A DNA stretch of 63,826 bases, the filler included, from Octopus bimaculoides (lineage: Eukaryota): the NCBI RefSeq assembly GCF_001194135.2. It is 8 parts of 7 records of this genome, joined end to end, with 100 filler letters (N's around TTAATTAATTAA, not from the genome) between each part and the next. Parts side by side here need not be neighbours in the genome. Positions count along the whole stretch, not along the records: positions 29,473 to 40,827 come from NC_068990.1; positions 40,928 to 45,323 come from NW_026322495.1; positions 45,424 to 60,782 come from NC_069009.1; 5 more parts are not named here. The stretch is one strand, 5' to 3'. The position numbers and the translations under genes were made by a program. Below the pieces are notes generated by a model. The model did not search any database. It was not told where the DNA came from and saw only the letters and a list, made by a program, of their open reading frames with translations. Of this stretch, positions 37,999 through 51,548 are shown piece after piece; within the stretch, counting starts at the first letter, position 1, and every line of letters starts with the position of its first letter.

Positions 37999-40795
37999 TA
38001 TGCACACACACACACGTATACACATGATCAATAAGAATCATTAACATTTCTCATCGGATAATATTACATTTTATGATATTATTTGAGATTCGATCCTCGT
38101 ACTGTTACTATTTAGTACTGTTGATGTGATTTGTTGTTACTGCTATAAATGTTTTAGAAACAGTTGGACGCGATGCACTAATGTCAGTGCAGTAAATAAA
38201 ATATCGTTATATTGTTACTCTTAACATTGTTGCGTGGTCAAAAGGAAAAAAAATTCGTAATGCAAGAACAAAAAAAGATTGGTTACAAAGTACAAATAGA
38301 AATGTTAGTGTATAAATTACATTACAGGAATGTACTGCACTTGCAGCTATATTATCCAGTACAAAAGATAAAAAAATTAATTGTAACATGAAGTAGAAAT
38401 ACGTTCTAAATATGTTTAGAACTTGGCATGTATTGCTATTTATTTGTTATATAGGAGAACTATACTTGAAGCTATGACTGTTTGGTGAATTGCTTTGCAC
38501 TTCATGCAGTTTGAGCAGTCTCAAATAAACTATAAATTACTGATGAAAATTTAGTAAAACTAAAAGAAATAAATATACAGTTTAAAAATAATAAATAATT
38601 ATACGCTCTTAAGCAAAATAAGAAAAATATATAGAACGAGAATGTTCTATATAGAACGAGTAAGGAGAATACAATACGAAAACAAAGAAGAGTAAAAACA
38701 AATATTAGAAATTAGATGAGTTAATTATTTATATTTATTTGTATATTTTCTGTGTCCTATTCTAAATTTCTTGTTTTTATTTGGTTTTTGGCTTATATTT
38801 TTCTATTTGGTTTTAATTCAATTTTTCGTCTCTATTTATGCAAATGTCAGAAAAACTGTGGTTTACAGCAATTAGAAGCTAATGAATCAATCTAAGAGAG
38901 AAAGAGATATAAGAAATACCAAAATAAAAAAAAAAATAAAATAAAAAAAAAGAACAACAACGATGACGACGACACGACAAAATAAATTCCATTGCTACTA
39001 TTTCAATAATTACAACTAAGTTGTTTTAAAACAGTGCATATAAAAATGCATTGAAATAATAACTGCCTATAGGAAACAACTGTTTTTATTTAATTTTGAA
39101 TATTTTACAATTTATATTTTTAATTTTCTTTCTCTTTTCGGCAATTTATAAAAATAGAAATTCAGTTTATCATATATGTATGTGTGTGTGTGTGTACATA
39201 TGCGTGTGTGTACATACATATATATATATATATATGTACACACACACATTTATATATATATACACACACATATTTATATATACACACGCACGCCCCCCCC
39301 CCCACACGTAATATAAGAGAAATATACGAAACTAACTAAAGCCCCGCATCAAGATATTCGCTACAAAATTAATGTTGTGGATGATAACCATCTTGCTCAA
39401 CAAGAAATTTGGGATTGAAATTTATTATTAAAAGCAGCCAAAACGAAATGACCATATGTTTTAAAATATTTTGTCATGAAAATTATAGAAAGCGATAATA
39501 TTTACGATTTAGAAATTAATTTTGTATTTAATTAGTATTGAATATAATGATAATATCGCATTACATTTCATATCAATGACAACTTAGGAAAGAATTTATA
39601 AATGCTTGCAGAAATTCTGACTATTTCTCATGTTATTCTCGTAGTTTAATATATTGATCTCGCATGAGTAAAGCAAAGTACCATACATTTTAGAAAGGGT
39701 GGGTTTGATGCATCTTTGATTACTCATTTGGTTCAATAGTATATTGCATTAATTTTTTCTCCTGACCCGAGAAAGTTAAAAAGTAGAAGTCATCCATATC
39801 AGGATTTGAACTCTGAATATACTGGGGCTGGTTTACACGTCTATACTGTCATCAGTTGAATTTGAGATACCATAAATATTTTCAATTACCTCATTTTTCT
39901 AGACACACACACATATGTTATTTTATTATATTATACATACATACATGCATACATGTGTATGTATGCTTTCTCTTTATTCCGCACAGATTTTCTGCTATTG
40001 CTTTCTAACCGGCTCCCTTTATATTAACTGATATATCTTAACACCATTGAAATATAATAATAATATTATAACTGTACTTATTTTCATTTAACTAATATTA
40101 AATTGTTTTGAGATCATTTGCTTTACATATTCCATAAACAGATACTACTAAAACACACCTGCTCTGCAATCACTGGACATTATTTACAAGATGATCCAAA
40201 ATATGTAAGATAGCTTAAAAGATACTTTTAATTAATTGATTTCAGTATTACTCTCTCTTTTAGTCTATAACAATACAGTTCTTAGATACACCAAAATTTC
40301 TAGATATTTTCAGTTTTATTTTCTGAATGCAATGATGATTGATGGCGTTTTGTATTGCTTCATTTCATTGTAAGTTGTAAACACTGTCTAGGTTGTATCA
40401 ATGATATTTTTATCTCACGATAAACACTTTACAAGTGAAATGCTTTTAAGACATTCTATACCGAAAATATGTATGTATAATATGTTGTTATTTGTGTACT
40501 TTAACTATTCAGTTTATGCTTTTGTTTATATCTATTCATTTCTGTTTTAACTGTACTCGATAAGATAACACGTAGGTCAGTAGAATAGGTTACCTCTACG
40601 TATGAATATGATTTATTCTCTGATGATAGGTGCACCAAAGTGATCAGACAATGACAAAATAGCATGACATTTTATAGCAACCAATTTGATATAGCAGTGA
40701 GTATCAAAGACAAAGGCAATATCCGAAACTCACACATCTAGCTTCAATTTTATTTTTCTCTTATCTATCTCAAATTCGTTTTTAATGTCTCATAG

Positions 40796-40827
<32 letters not shown>

Positions 40828-41479
40828 NNNNNNNNNNNNNNNNNNNNNNNNNNNNNNNNNNNNNNNNNNNNTTAATTAATTAANNNNNNNNNNNNNNNNN
40901 NNNNNNNNNNNNNNNNNNNNNNNNNNNTGTGTGTGTGTGTGTGTGTAGGGACTTCTGTGTTTGTTTGTTCGTTTTGTGTGTGTGTGTGTGTGTTTCTTTC
41001 TAGAAACGACGGGAACTTGGCAAACGAAAACTGGATCGCGTTGATATGCATGTTTATATGCATGTCAATACTCACGCATGCGTACGCGTATGTATGTCTG
41101 TATGTTTGTGTGTATGATGATGCGCGTATGTGTGTGTATGCGTAATTGTATTTGTGTGTATGTGTGGATGTGTATATATGTGTGTGTAAGTGAATTTGTG
41201 TGTGGGAGTGTGTGTATAAATATATAAATGTGTGTGTCTTTTGATGGTCCACCATTAATTAATATGCACATCATACCAGGAATCAAAACTGAAATAAATT
41301 TAAATACTAGGAAGTCTAGCTGTTAAAGGAAATATAACAATGTAAATACAATGCATTTGATCTATGCTTCTCATTTACAGGGGGAAAAGAAAGGAGGAAT
41401 CTCCTGACGGACTGTTTTTCAATTTGTTTACCACTCCTCAGAGAAAACGTACCCAATATTGTTCCCTAACCAATAGCAT

Positions 41480-41620
41480 AGAATAGCAATTTCTATTTCA
41501 GGATCCTTATACTTGCTCAGTTTTTGGTAGGTCTTGACAGATAGATTTATGTCGATTGGGACAATCATATCAATGAGGCGGCATGATTTTTGTCTGAAGT
41601 CTTTCACCATAATGTCTTTT
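41480..41620 (-). pseudogene. R4/Dong-like restriction-like endonuclease domain fragment
   Basis: VKDFRQKSCRLIDMIVPIDINLSVKTYQKLSKYKDPEIEI matches the (PD)..xLIDxxxP...KxxKYxDL RLE motif; abuts (TAT)n. Confidence 0.8.
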
Positions 41621-41691
41621 TTGTCTGAAGTCTTTCAATGTAATGTCTTGTTGAAGCCTTACCACATAAATTATTATTATTATTATTATTA

Positions 41692-41732
<41 letters not shown>

Positions 41733-41734
<2 letters not shown>

Positions 41735-41925
41735 GAATCGTTAGTACGCCGGACGAAATCTTACCGGTATTTCGTCTGCCGCTACGTTCTGAGTTCAAAT
41801 TCCGTTGAGGTCGACTTTGCCTTTCATCTTTCCGCGGTCGATTAAATATGAGTACCAGTTACGCACTGGGGGTTCATGTAATCGACTTAATCCCCTCTCC
41901 CAAGCTGCCTTTGTGGAAAAATTTG
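41733..41925 (+). mobile_element. SINE family B copy, 5'-truncated
   Basis: GAATCGTTAGTACGCCGGACGAAAT...GAGTTCAAATTCC...CTTTGCCTTTCATC. Confidence 0.88.
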
Positions 41926-41941
41926 AAATCATCATCATTAC

Positions 41942-41981
<40 letters not shown>

Positions 41982-42104
41982 GTTCAGTAGTTTTATTTTT
42001 ATAACGTGCTTTCACTTCACTACCGAGCGCAGCTCTGTGTGCCTTGGGTATGTGCTGTGGTTTGCTGTGATGCTCTTATGGTTACTGTATTGAAAGTGTT
42101 TTGC

Positions 42105-42246
<142 letters not shown>

Positions 42247-43790
42247 CATACTGTAACTGAATTCCAAAGATAATTAATAAAGCATCATGAGACAGTGTGC
42301 TTTAGCTGGCACTTCGGGATATTCAAAAGAATCTATAAAGCTTCCACTAAACGCATGCAGGGATGGATATGTTACAAGGCGTAGCGTGTAGATATATTTT
42401 GTTTCCCGCTGGTATGTAGAGAATGGAAACTATAAATATATAGATATATATGAAATATAAAGGATTTTAAAATTATTGAAGGCGGCAGAGAGATATAAAG
42501 AAAAGAAAGTAAAGGGGAAGAAGGGGAGATAAACGTGGAGAGGTAATCAATGTAAATAAAAACGTAAATATAAACGATGATAAAAGTATACGAAAGTAGC
42601 TATGAATATATAACAAGGATAAAGAGAATTCAGGAATGTTGTTGCGTTCCAATACAGGTTTAATGGTTCGGTAATGTCTACTATATATATATATACACGC
42701 GTAATAACACGTTTATCCACACATATATATGTATAAGTACACACATAGATTCCAACATATTTTAATTAAATAAATCATCGTTTGCGTATATATAGAGTAG
42801 AAGGATATCAGAAAAGGAGAGAGATCTCGGTTATATAAAAAGCTAAGTTGTCTGATATTAGTCGTAAATGAATGTTAAGTGTAACGTTCATTCTGGTATT
42901 CGTAATATATTCCAGTTTTTCAGGATATGCTTATGGAAGTGGCGGTGTTTTTTAAATATCTCAGAGCTTACATTCAGATAGCAGAAATGTAAATGCTTTT
43001 TATGTATGGGATTCTTCTCAATTGCGCATAAAATGTATTTTATATGGTCTACAGCCATCAATGATCATCCACTTCATACAGTAGCATATTTTTATTAATG
43101 TCAGATGTAATTGGATAAATTTGTTAAATTGGTCTTTTCTATGTCTAAAAAGTATCATTGATAAAATTTATTAACTATTATTAGCGTTTTAGTCATACAT
43201 GACGATTTAGTTTGGTGGAGGTGATAACCACTTCGTATATGATCACTTCAACATTATGTGCATGATTAAGTGGACATGCGTTGGTATTTCTGTAAGTGCA
43301 TCTCGATTTAATTAACATAGACGCTTTGTGAATTATCAAGTTAATAAAATTGTACAACTATCGATAGATTTAAGCCTGTTACAACTAAATAATTTTTGAG
43401 ACTATGTTTAATAGGGAAAAGCAAGAAATTCAAAGCAATGAGATTAATGTTTAAAGAAGAAATAGACGCGGACCAAGAGATGTCACGGCCTCTCTTAGTT
43501 TTTGAAGCTTGAAGATGCCAATAATCATCTCTGAACCCATTAGATTCTTGTGTTTTATTATAGAAAATAACCACCACATCAAAGATATAGTATCTGTTAT
43601 TAAGTTAAATATTCTGCTACCAATGATTTGGGCTTGTTCTTTTTTTTTAATCCTGTTTGGGTTACAAGGATTATATTGTTTTATGCACGGTTTTAGTTGT
43701 ACAAAAAGCGTGTATACGCTTCTAATTAAATTGAGAGAAACTTCTGAGAAACTGACTGTCGGGATGTGCGGCGTTAACAGTAAGTTTATA

Positions 43791-44029
43791 CAGGCTGACC
43801 CAAAAGTAGGTTTACAGTTATTCAACTATGACTTTCGCATTCATATATTAACAGTTTAGATCTTAATTATGAAAAAAAAAATATGAAACCATTATTCTAT
43901 GCTAATTTAGTTAATTTTGTCAAGCTCCTTTTTCAGTTAGTAAGATAGAAATTTAAATGTAATGAAATGCTTTAAAAGAAATTTAAAGTGCCTACGTGAT
44001 AACTGTAAACATACTTTTGGGCCACTCTG
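43791..44029. mobile_element. Tc1/mariner-type MITE, 239 bp, TA target duplication
   Basis: TA|CAGGCTGACCCAAAAGTAGGTTTACAGTTAT ... ATAACTGTAAACATACTTTTGGGCCACTCTG|TA; ~31-bp TIRs with 4 mismatches. Confidence 0.9.
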
Positions 44030-44039
44030 TATATATACC

Positions 44040-44463
44040 TCTTTTATTTTTATTTTCTCTTTTACTTGTTTCAGTCTTTTTGACTGTGGTCATGGTGGAG
44101 CACCGCCTTTAGTCGAGAAAATTGACCCCAGGACTTATTCTTTGTAAGCCTAGTACTTATTCTATCGGTCTCTTTTGCCGAACCGCTAAGTTACGGGAAC
44201 GTCAACACACCAGCATTGGTTGTCAAGCGCTGTTGGGGGGACAAACACAGACACACAAACACATACATACATACATATATATATATATATACATATATAC
44301 GACGGGCTTCCTTCAGTTTCCGTCTACGAAATCCACTCACAAGGCTTTGGTCGGCCCGAGGCTATAGCAGAAGGCACTTGCCCAAGGTGCCACGCAGTGG
44401 GACTGAACCCGGAACCATGTGGTTGGTAAGCAAGCTACTTACCACACAGCCACTCCTACGCCT
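44040..44463 (-). mobile_element. SINE family A, full length
   Basis: Complete tail, microsatellite and head ending CCACTCCTACGCCT. Confidence 0.93.
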
Positions 44464-45125
44464 ATATATATATATATACGTACGTATATGTAAGAAATAC
44501 AAGATTGTGTAACACAGCGTCATGTGATGTTGTACTCGGTTCAAATGAACCTCTTTGTTCTATCTGATTTGTTGACTCAGGTTGAATCTTACGCAAAAAC
44601 AGATATTTCCTCGTGTGTCTGAAATTATTCATACATTTCGTTATCAGTTGTATTGCTTTATTTCTTAACGAATGCAAAGGCATTGATGTTGACAGATTTA
44701 AAGACGGGGAAATAAAATTCTACAATACAAAATGGCCGAAATTTGGAGTAAATTTCATAATCAATAATTTTAAGTCGATTAATAAATAAATACGTTTCTA
44801 TAGCTATTCCGTTGTCGGCCACCTTTCTAATATTATTGTCAATATTGCGTGAAATATTCTTGTTAATTAATCCAATATTGATTATATCGGGATTAATTAA
44901 TTAGAATTTTGAACATAGTATGCACTAAAGTTAAATCGACATTAGATATATATTCATTCAGACATACAAAATGCACCGCGGCATGAACACACTGACACAC
45001 ACATGAGCATGCGCAGTTATATGCATTCACATGCGCTCATCCATACACATGTAGGCATCTAGATAATTACATTATACATACTTTTTGTACTAAGATAGTT
45101 TTCTTTCCGCTATCACCGCTACTCG

Positions 45126-45162
<37 letters not shown>

Positions 45163-45423
45163 CTCTCTCACTTTCACTTTCTTTCTTTCTCTCTCTATCT
45201 CTCTCTCTCTCTCTCTCTCTTCTACTCTTACCTTATTCTTACACACACGCACACACATACATACACGTATGATATATATATATATATATGCGAATATACT
45301 GTACATTGATATATGTGTATGAANNNNNNNNNNNNNNNNNNNNNNNNNNNNNNNNNNNNNNNNNNNNTTAATTAATTAANNNNNNNNNNNNNNNNNNNNN
45401 NNNNNNNNNNNNNNNNNNNNNNN

Positions 45424-45682
45424 AGAAGCCTGTCGTATATATGTATATATATATATGTATGTGTGTATGTGTTTGTATGTCTGTGTTTGTCCCCCGAACA
45501 TCGCTTGACAACCGATGCTGGTGTGTTTACGTCCCCGTAACTTAGCGGTTCGGCAAAAGAGACCGAAAGAATAAGTACTAGGCTTCCAAAGAATAAGTCC
45601 TGGGGTCGATTTGCTCGACTAAAGGCGGTGCTCCAGCATGGCCACAGTCAAAAGACTGAAACAAGTAAAAGAGTAAAAGAGT
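45424..45682 (+). mobile_element. SINE family A (head cut by gap)
   Basis: AGAAGCCTGTCGTATAT...GAAACAAGTAAAAGAGTAAAAGAG. Confidence 0.92.
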
Positions 45683-45805
45683 ATATATACACACATATAT
45701 ATATAATATATATATACATATATATATACATATATATATATACACATACACACACATATATACATATATATAAGAATAAATATAATAGAGTTTGTATCAC
45801 TACTG

Positions 45806-45845
<40 letters not shown>

Positions 45846-46419
45846 GTATATTACATATACATGTATGTATGCATATATAGATATATGCATTTGAGTGCAT
45901 GAACACATGCACAATATATATACGTGTGTCTATATATATATATATATTATACATACATACATATATATATATCATATATATGTATATACACATTCTCCAA
46001 AGTACTGAGAAAGAAAAATAAACTACTCAAAAAATCATCCTAAAAGAAAAATAACAAAATAAAAAAAATCCTGAAAATACCACCACTACCACCACTACCC
46101 ACGCCACCACCACCACCACCACCACCAGTAAACTAACAGTCATCACCACATAACATTTATATTGACGAAGATTTGACAGTATATATAAAGATGTTTGTAT
46201 AGAGAAAGTGATAAAACATATATTTGATGTATAGGGGGATGACAGATGTGAGACATGGTGGTCGAATCTGGAGGTCTCAACCCCAGCTTTTGAATAACTG
46301 TTTGGTATACCCTGAGAAATACCCCAGCAGATGAGACATAAATATGTGTATGCGTGTGGTGGAAAAGCAAATTCAGTTATCACTTAGCCATACTGAGTCT
46401 CCCTACAACAGACATATAT

Positions 46420-46577
46420 ATGTGTGGTAAGTAGCTTGCTTACCAACCACATGGTCCCGGGTTCAGTCCCACTGCATAGCACCTTAGGCAAGTGTCTTCT
46501 TCTATAGCCTCAGGCCGACCAAAGCCTTGTGAGTGGATTTGGTAGACAGAAACTGAAAGAAGCCCATCGTATATAAT

Positions 46578-46622
<45 letters not shown>

Positions 46623-46828
46623 TTGTGTGTCCCTGTTTGTCCCCCCAACATCGCTTGACAACCGATGGTGGTGTGTTTACGTCCCCGTAACTTAGCGGTT
46701 CGGCAAAAGAGACCAATAGAATAAGTACTAGGCTTACAAAGAATCAGTCCTGGGGCCGATTTGCTCGACTAAAGGCGGTGCTCCAGCATGGCCACAGTCA
46801 AATGACTGAAACAAGTAAAAGAATAAAA

Positions 46829-46832
<4 letters not shown>
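46420..46832 (+). mobile_element. SINE family A, near full length
   Basis: TGTGTGGTAAGTAGCTTGC...GGGTTCAGTCCC (B-box-like)...tail. Confidence 0.93.
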
Positions 46833-46875
<43 letters not shown>

Positions 46876-46985
46876 CAAACATCATATCTTGCAAATGTAA
46901 CAAAAATATTTCTCAGTGTAAAAGCTTTAGCAAAGTGCTCAACAAAAGTAACAAAAATCTATAATGTTTTACACTTACAAGTGAT

Positions 46986-48281
46986 TCTAATGTCTGCTGA
47001 TGATGGGAGCCTGTAACTATATATGTATAAACATGTTTTCATTCAAAACCTGAATTGTATCTGGGAAAAAAATCTATAGAATAAATATATTTGTTTTGAA
47101 TATTTATTTATTGAACTGCCTTTCCTAAAGACAACCACTCCAAGAGTGTAGTGTGTGCTTTTTACATGCCACTGGCATGGGAGCCAATTAGAGAACACTG
47201 GCATGTCCGCTGATGAAAGGATCATGTTTACATATGTATAAATTTTCTTTTACTTGAAGCCTGCATTGTATCCAGGGAAAAATAAACCAAATATATATTT
47301 AATTGCTCCAAATTTCAGTATATTTCTTTTTACTCAGTGTACTAGTTAGTTAGTTCTCTCCATGCCTAACATATACACACATACCCACATATACATCCAC
47401 TCACATGCACACTTATAGAAAGCATTTAAATCTAATGTCCACTGATGAGGGGACCACATGTTTACAAATGTATAAATTTGCTTTTGCTTGAAACCAGCAT
47501 CATATCCATGGAAAAAATAAACTGTATACATAATTGCTATAAACTTCAATATATTCACTTTAGTTCTCTCCTTGCCATATATATGCACACATATGTATAC
47601 AGAATGCACAGAAATCTGATGTCCGCTGATGATGGAACCACATGGCTATATATATATAAATGTATATCAACTCAAAACCAGAACTGTATCCAGAGAGAAA
47701 TATACAACATATATGTATTTATTTGAATATATATTAAACATGTTTCCAATTTCAAGTGTCTTTTCACTTAAGCCATCCTTGTGTAATATACAATTGTTAT
47801 AAACTTGAATATATTCACCTTTGCATATAAATCTAATGTCCGCTGATGATGGGACAAAGTGGTTATATATGTATAAATGTATATCAGCTTAAAACAAAAA
47901 TTGTATCCAGAAAAAAATGAACAGCATATGTGTATGTATTTGAATATATATTAAACATGTCTCCATTTTCAAGCATATTTTCACTTAAGACATCCTTGTG
48001 AAATATATAATTGCCACAAACTTGAATATATTCACCTTTGTGCATGCATATATAATGCATATGAATCTAACGTCCGCTGATGAGGGGACCACATAGTTGT
48101 ATGTGTGAAAGTGTATATCAGCTTGAAACTGGAATTGTATCCAAGAAAAAAGAACAGAATATATGTATTTATTTGAATATATATAGAACTTACTTCCATC
48201 TTTAAGTGTCTCTTCACTTAAGCCATACTTGTGTTATATAACATAATTGCTATAAACTTGGAATATATTCACCTTTACAGA
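46986..48281 (+). repeat. Six diverged tandem units (184-234 bp), each with (T/C)C(G/A)CTGATGA and a downstream (G/A)AA(A/G)C-N7-(G/A)TATC motif
   Basis: CTGATGA at 46997, 47210, 47442, 47626, 47843, 48077; units 4-6 align over their whole length. Confidence 0.9.
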
Positions 48282-50498
48282 TGCATATACATATATATAT
48301 ATATATATACATACATATATATACACATATATACATACATACTCATGTATGCAAATCAAATTGTACCAATTTTGTATATGTTAATACGATGTTGACATTT
48401 AGGTCTCAATAATGTGTGTGTATGTATGTGTGTATATATGAATATATGTATGTATTTCTGCTTGTGTGTATGCATGCGTGTATACTGATGTGTATACATG
48501 TGTATATCAGTGTGTATGCATATGTAAGTACATGTGTATATTCATAACTGTGTATATATATATATATATAATTATATACATACATGTATAAAGATGTATA
48601 CATACATGCACACACACACACATACTTACATATAGTTATATACATACATTGATACATATTTATACTCATACCTACACATAGATATATATACACTCATACA
48701 TAGTGGCTGATACGCACACACAGACACACACACAGCTACTAACACACACAGACATACATATATACACATATTCACATATAGGTTCATTCATACACACACA
48801 AACACACACAGAATCAATTGAATGAAGCCACAACAAATTTAATAAAGAAGAGGAAAACCACAAGAAATAGAGATAAACAGAGAAATTTCCAGAACAGTTC
48901 CACCGAAATGGTACAAGAGAGATTAAACATGACTTTCAAAGCCACCATTACCATTGGCGCTATTTTCGTTGCCGCTGCTGGGTCACCTCAGACTTTATTC
49001 TCACACTTTCAAACCCCTCCAGCCATTTTCCAGAACCAACTTTTACCACCACCACTACAAACACTAACACTACCACTACCATCTCAACTGCCACCACAAC
49101 TACGACCATCACCACCACCACCACCACCACCACCACCACCACCACCANNNNNNNNNNNNNNNNNNNNNNNNNNNNNNNNNNNNNNNNNNNNNNNNNNNNN
49201 NNNNNNNNNNNNNNNNNNNNNNNNNNNNNNNNNNNNNNNNNNNNNNNNNNNNNNNNNNNNNNNNNNNNNNNNNNNNNNNNNNNNNNNNNNNNNNNNNNNN
49301 NNNNNNNNNNNNNNNNNNNNNNNNNNNNNNNNNNNNNNNNNNNNNNNNNNNNNNNNNNNNNNNNNNNNNNNNNNNNNNNNNNNNNNNNNNNNNNNNNNNN
49401 NNNNNNNNNNNNNNNNNNNNNNNNNNNNNNNNNNNNNNNNNNNNNNNNNNNNNNNNNNNNNNNNNNNNNNNNNNNNNNNNNNNNNNNNNNNNNNNNNNNN
49501 NNNNNNNNNNNNNNNNNNNNNNNNNNNNNNNNNNNNNNNNNNNNNNNNNNNNNNNNNNNNNNNNNNNNNNNNNNNNNNNNNNNNNNNNNNNNNNNNNNNN
49601 NNNNNNNNNNNNNNNNNNNNNNNNNNNNNNNNNNNNNNNNNNNNNNNNNNNNNNNNNNNNNNNNNNNNNNNNNNNNNNNNNNNNNNNNNNNNNNNNNNNN
49701 NNNNNNNNNNNNNNNNNNNNNNNNNNNNNNNNNNNNNNNNNNNNNNNNNNNNNNNNNNNNNNNNNNNNNNNNNNNNNNNNNNNNNNNNNNNNNNNNNNNN
49801 NNNNNNNNNNNNNNNNNNNNNNNNNNNNNNNNNNNNNNNNNNNNNNNNNNNNNNNNNNNNNNNNNNNNNNNNNNNNNNNNNNNNNNNNNNNNNNNNNNNN
49901 NNNNNNNNNNNNNNNNNNNNNNNNNNNNNNNNNNNNNNNNNNNNNNNNNNNNNNNNNNNNNNNNNNNNNNNNNNNNNNNNNNNNNNNNNNNNNNNNNNNN
50001 NNNNNNNNNNNNNNNNNNNNNNNNNNNNNNNNNNNNNNNNNNNNNNNNNNNNNNNNNNNNNNNNNNNNNNNNNNNNNNNNNNNNNNNNNNNNNNNNNNNN
50101 NNNNNNNNNNNNNNNNNNNNNNNNNNNNNNNNNNNNNNNNNNNNNNNTCCAGCTTAGTCCAAAGTTCAGCATATTTAATTACATGTAAATAGGAAATTAC
50201 GCTACCCCCACTTCCCCCCATTTCTTCCTGCTCCTCCTCCTCCCCTTAACTCCCCCCCCCGAACCAAATTCGCCACCAAATCTTTACAGTTAGTTTTTGT
50301 TCATATTCTTGTTGCTTTCCTTTTCTTTCTATTTTCCATTTTACTTTTTGTCTTTCCCCTGTCGTCTCCTCCTCACCTTTCAGTGTCTTCCAGTTATGGT
50401 CAGCCATCAATGATAAAGATGTGGTTTTAATGGTTTGTAGCTGCCTATTTCGACAAGCTCTTACCATTTGTCGTCTCGGCATACGCTTTTACACTTAC

Positions 50499-50885
50499 GC
50501 TTTTACTTGTTTCAGTCATTTGACTGCAGCCATGCTGGAGCACTGCCTTTAGTCGAGCAAATCGACCCCAGGACTTATTCTTTGTAAGCCTAGTACTTAT
50601 TCTATCGGGCTCTTTTGCCGAACCGCTAAGTTACAGGGACGTAAACACACCACCATCGGTTGTCAAGCGATGTTGGGGAGACAAACACAGACACACAAAT
50701 AAACACATATATATACATATACATATATACGACAGGCTTCTTTCAGTTTCCGTCTACCAAATCCACTCACAAGGCTTTGGTCGGCCCGAGGCTATAGTAG
50801 AAGACACTTGCCCAAGGTGCCACGCAGTGGGAATGAACTCGGAACCATGTGGTTGTGAAACCAGGCTTCTTCCAACACAGCCACT
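50499..50885 (-). mobile_element. SINE family A, full length
   Basis: Tail, microsatellite and head in reverse orientation. Confidence 0.92.
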
Positions 50886-50962
50886 TGTCTCTTGTAAGCT
50901 TCTTCCCACATTGTCATGTTGTCGCTCTGCCGCTTTCTACAAGTATTGATTCCTCCCCACTC

Positions 50963-51200
50963 CATCATCATCATCATCTAACGTCTGTTTTTCATGCTGG
51001 CATGGGTTGAATGGTTTGACATGAAGCTGACCATCTGTGAGCTGTCCAAATTCCAGTTGTCTGTTGTGACCTGGTTTCTATAGCTGGATGTCCTTCCTAA
51101 CATCAATAATCAAACAGAGTGTACTTGGTGCTTTTCATGTGCCACCGGCATGCTTGCACTTATACAGCCCTGGCACGGGTGCTTTATATGTGGCACCGGC
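50963..51200 (-). mobile_element. SINE family C, diverged
   Basis: (CAT)n-CTAACGTCTGTTTTTCATGCTGGCATGGGTTG...TTTCTATAGCTGGATGTCCTTCCTAAC; homologous to 1723-1835. Confidence 0.75.
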
Positions 51201-51270
51201 ACCTGAAAAGACAAACCTGTATTTATGGAAGACAACAATTTTATTTAGTTTGACACGTTTTAATGTGAAA

Positions 51271-51548
51271 GTGCATAACTCAGTGGTTAGAGTGTCAGGC
51301 TCAAAATCACGAGGTAGTGAGTTCGATTCCCAGACTAGGCTGTGTGTTGTGTTCTTGAGCAAGACACTTTATTTCACATTGCTCCAGTTCACTCATCTGT
51401 AGAAATGAGTTGCAGCATCACTGGTGCCAAGCTGTATTGGTCCCTTTGCCTTTCCCTTGGATAACATTAGTGGTACATAGAGGGGAGGCTGGTCTTCCAT
51501 AAACAACCTTGCCTGGTCTTGTGCCTTGGAGGGAAACTTTCTAGGTAG
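51271..51548 (+). mobile_element. tRNA-derived CORE-SINE (family D)
   Basis: ACTCAGTGGTTAGAG (A-box), GAGTTCGATTCC (B-box, 51319-51330), then 51348-51409 TGTGTTCTTGAGCAAGACACTT...CTCATCTGTAGAAATGAG, resembling the MIR CORE (recalled: TGTGACCTTGGGCAAGTCACTT...CTCATCTGTAAAATGGG). Confidence 0.8.

Noticed and set aside
42924-42990. Possible small exon after TTTTTCAG (GYAYGSGGVF* or DMLMEVAVFF...)
   Set aside because: No recognisable product and no supporting neighbouring exons.
46986-48281. Tandem C/D-box snoRNA cluster (UGAUGA as box C)
   Set aside because: Box C lacks the preceding purine, no consistently placed box D (CUGA) lies 60-100 nt downstream, and no terminal stems are evident.
48818-49147. 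Proline-rich protein ORF
   Set aside because: Driven by a (CAC)n microsatellite running into a gap; no recognisable domain or convincing splice context.
51271-51340. tRNA gene (also the heads at 11230-11301, 46420-46480, 54044-54130)
   Set aside because: A- and B-boxes are present but no complete cloverleaf or acceptor stem forms, and each continues into a SINE body.
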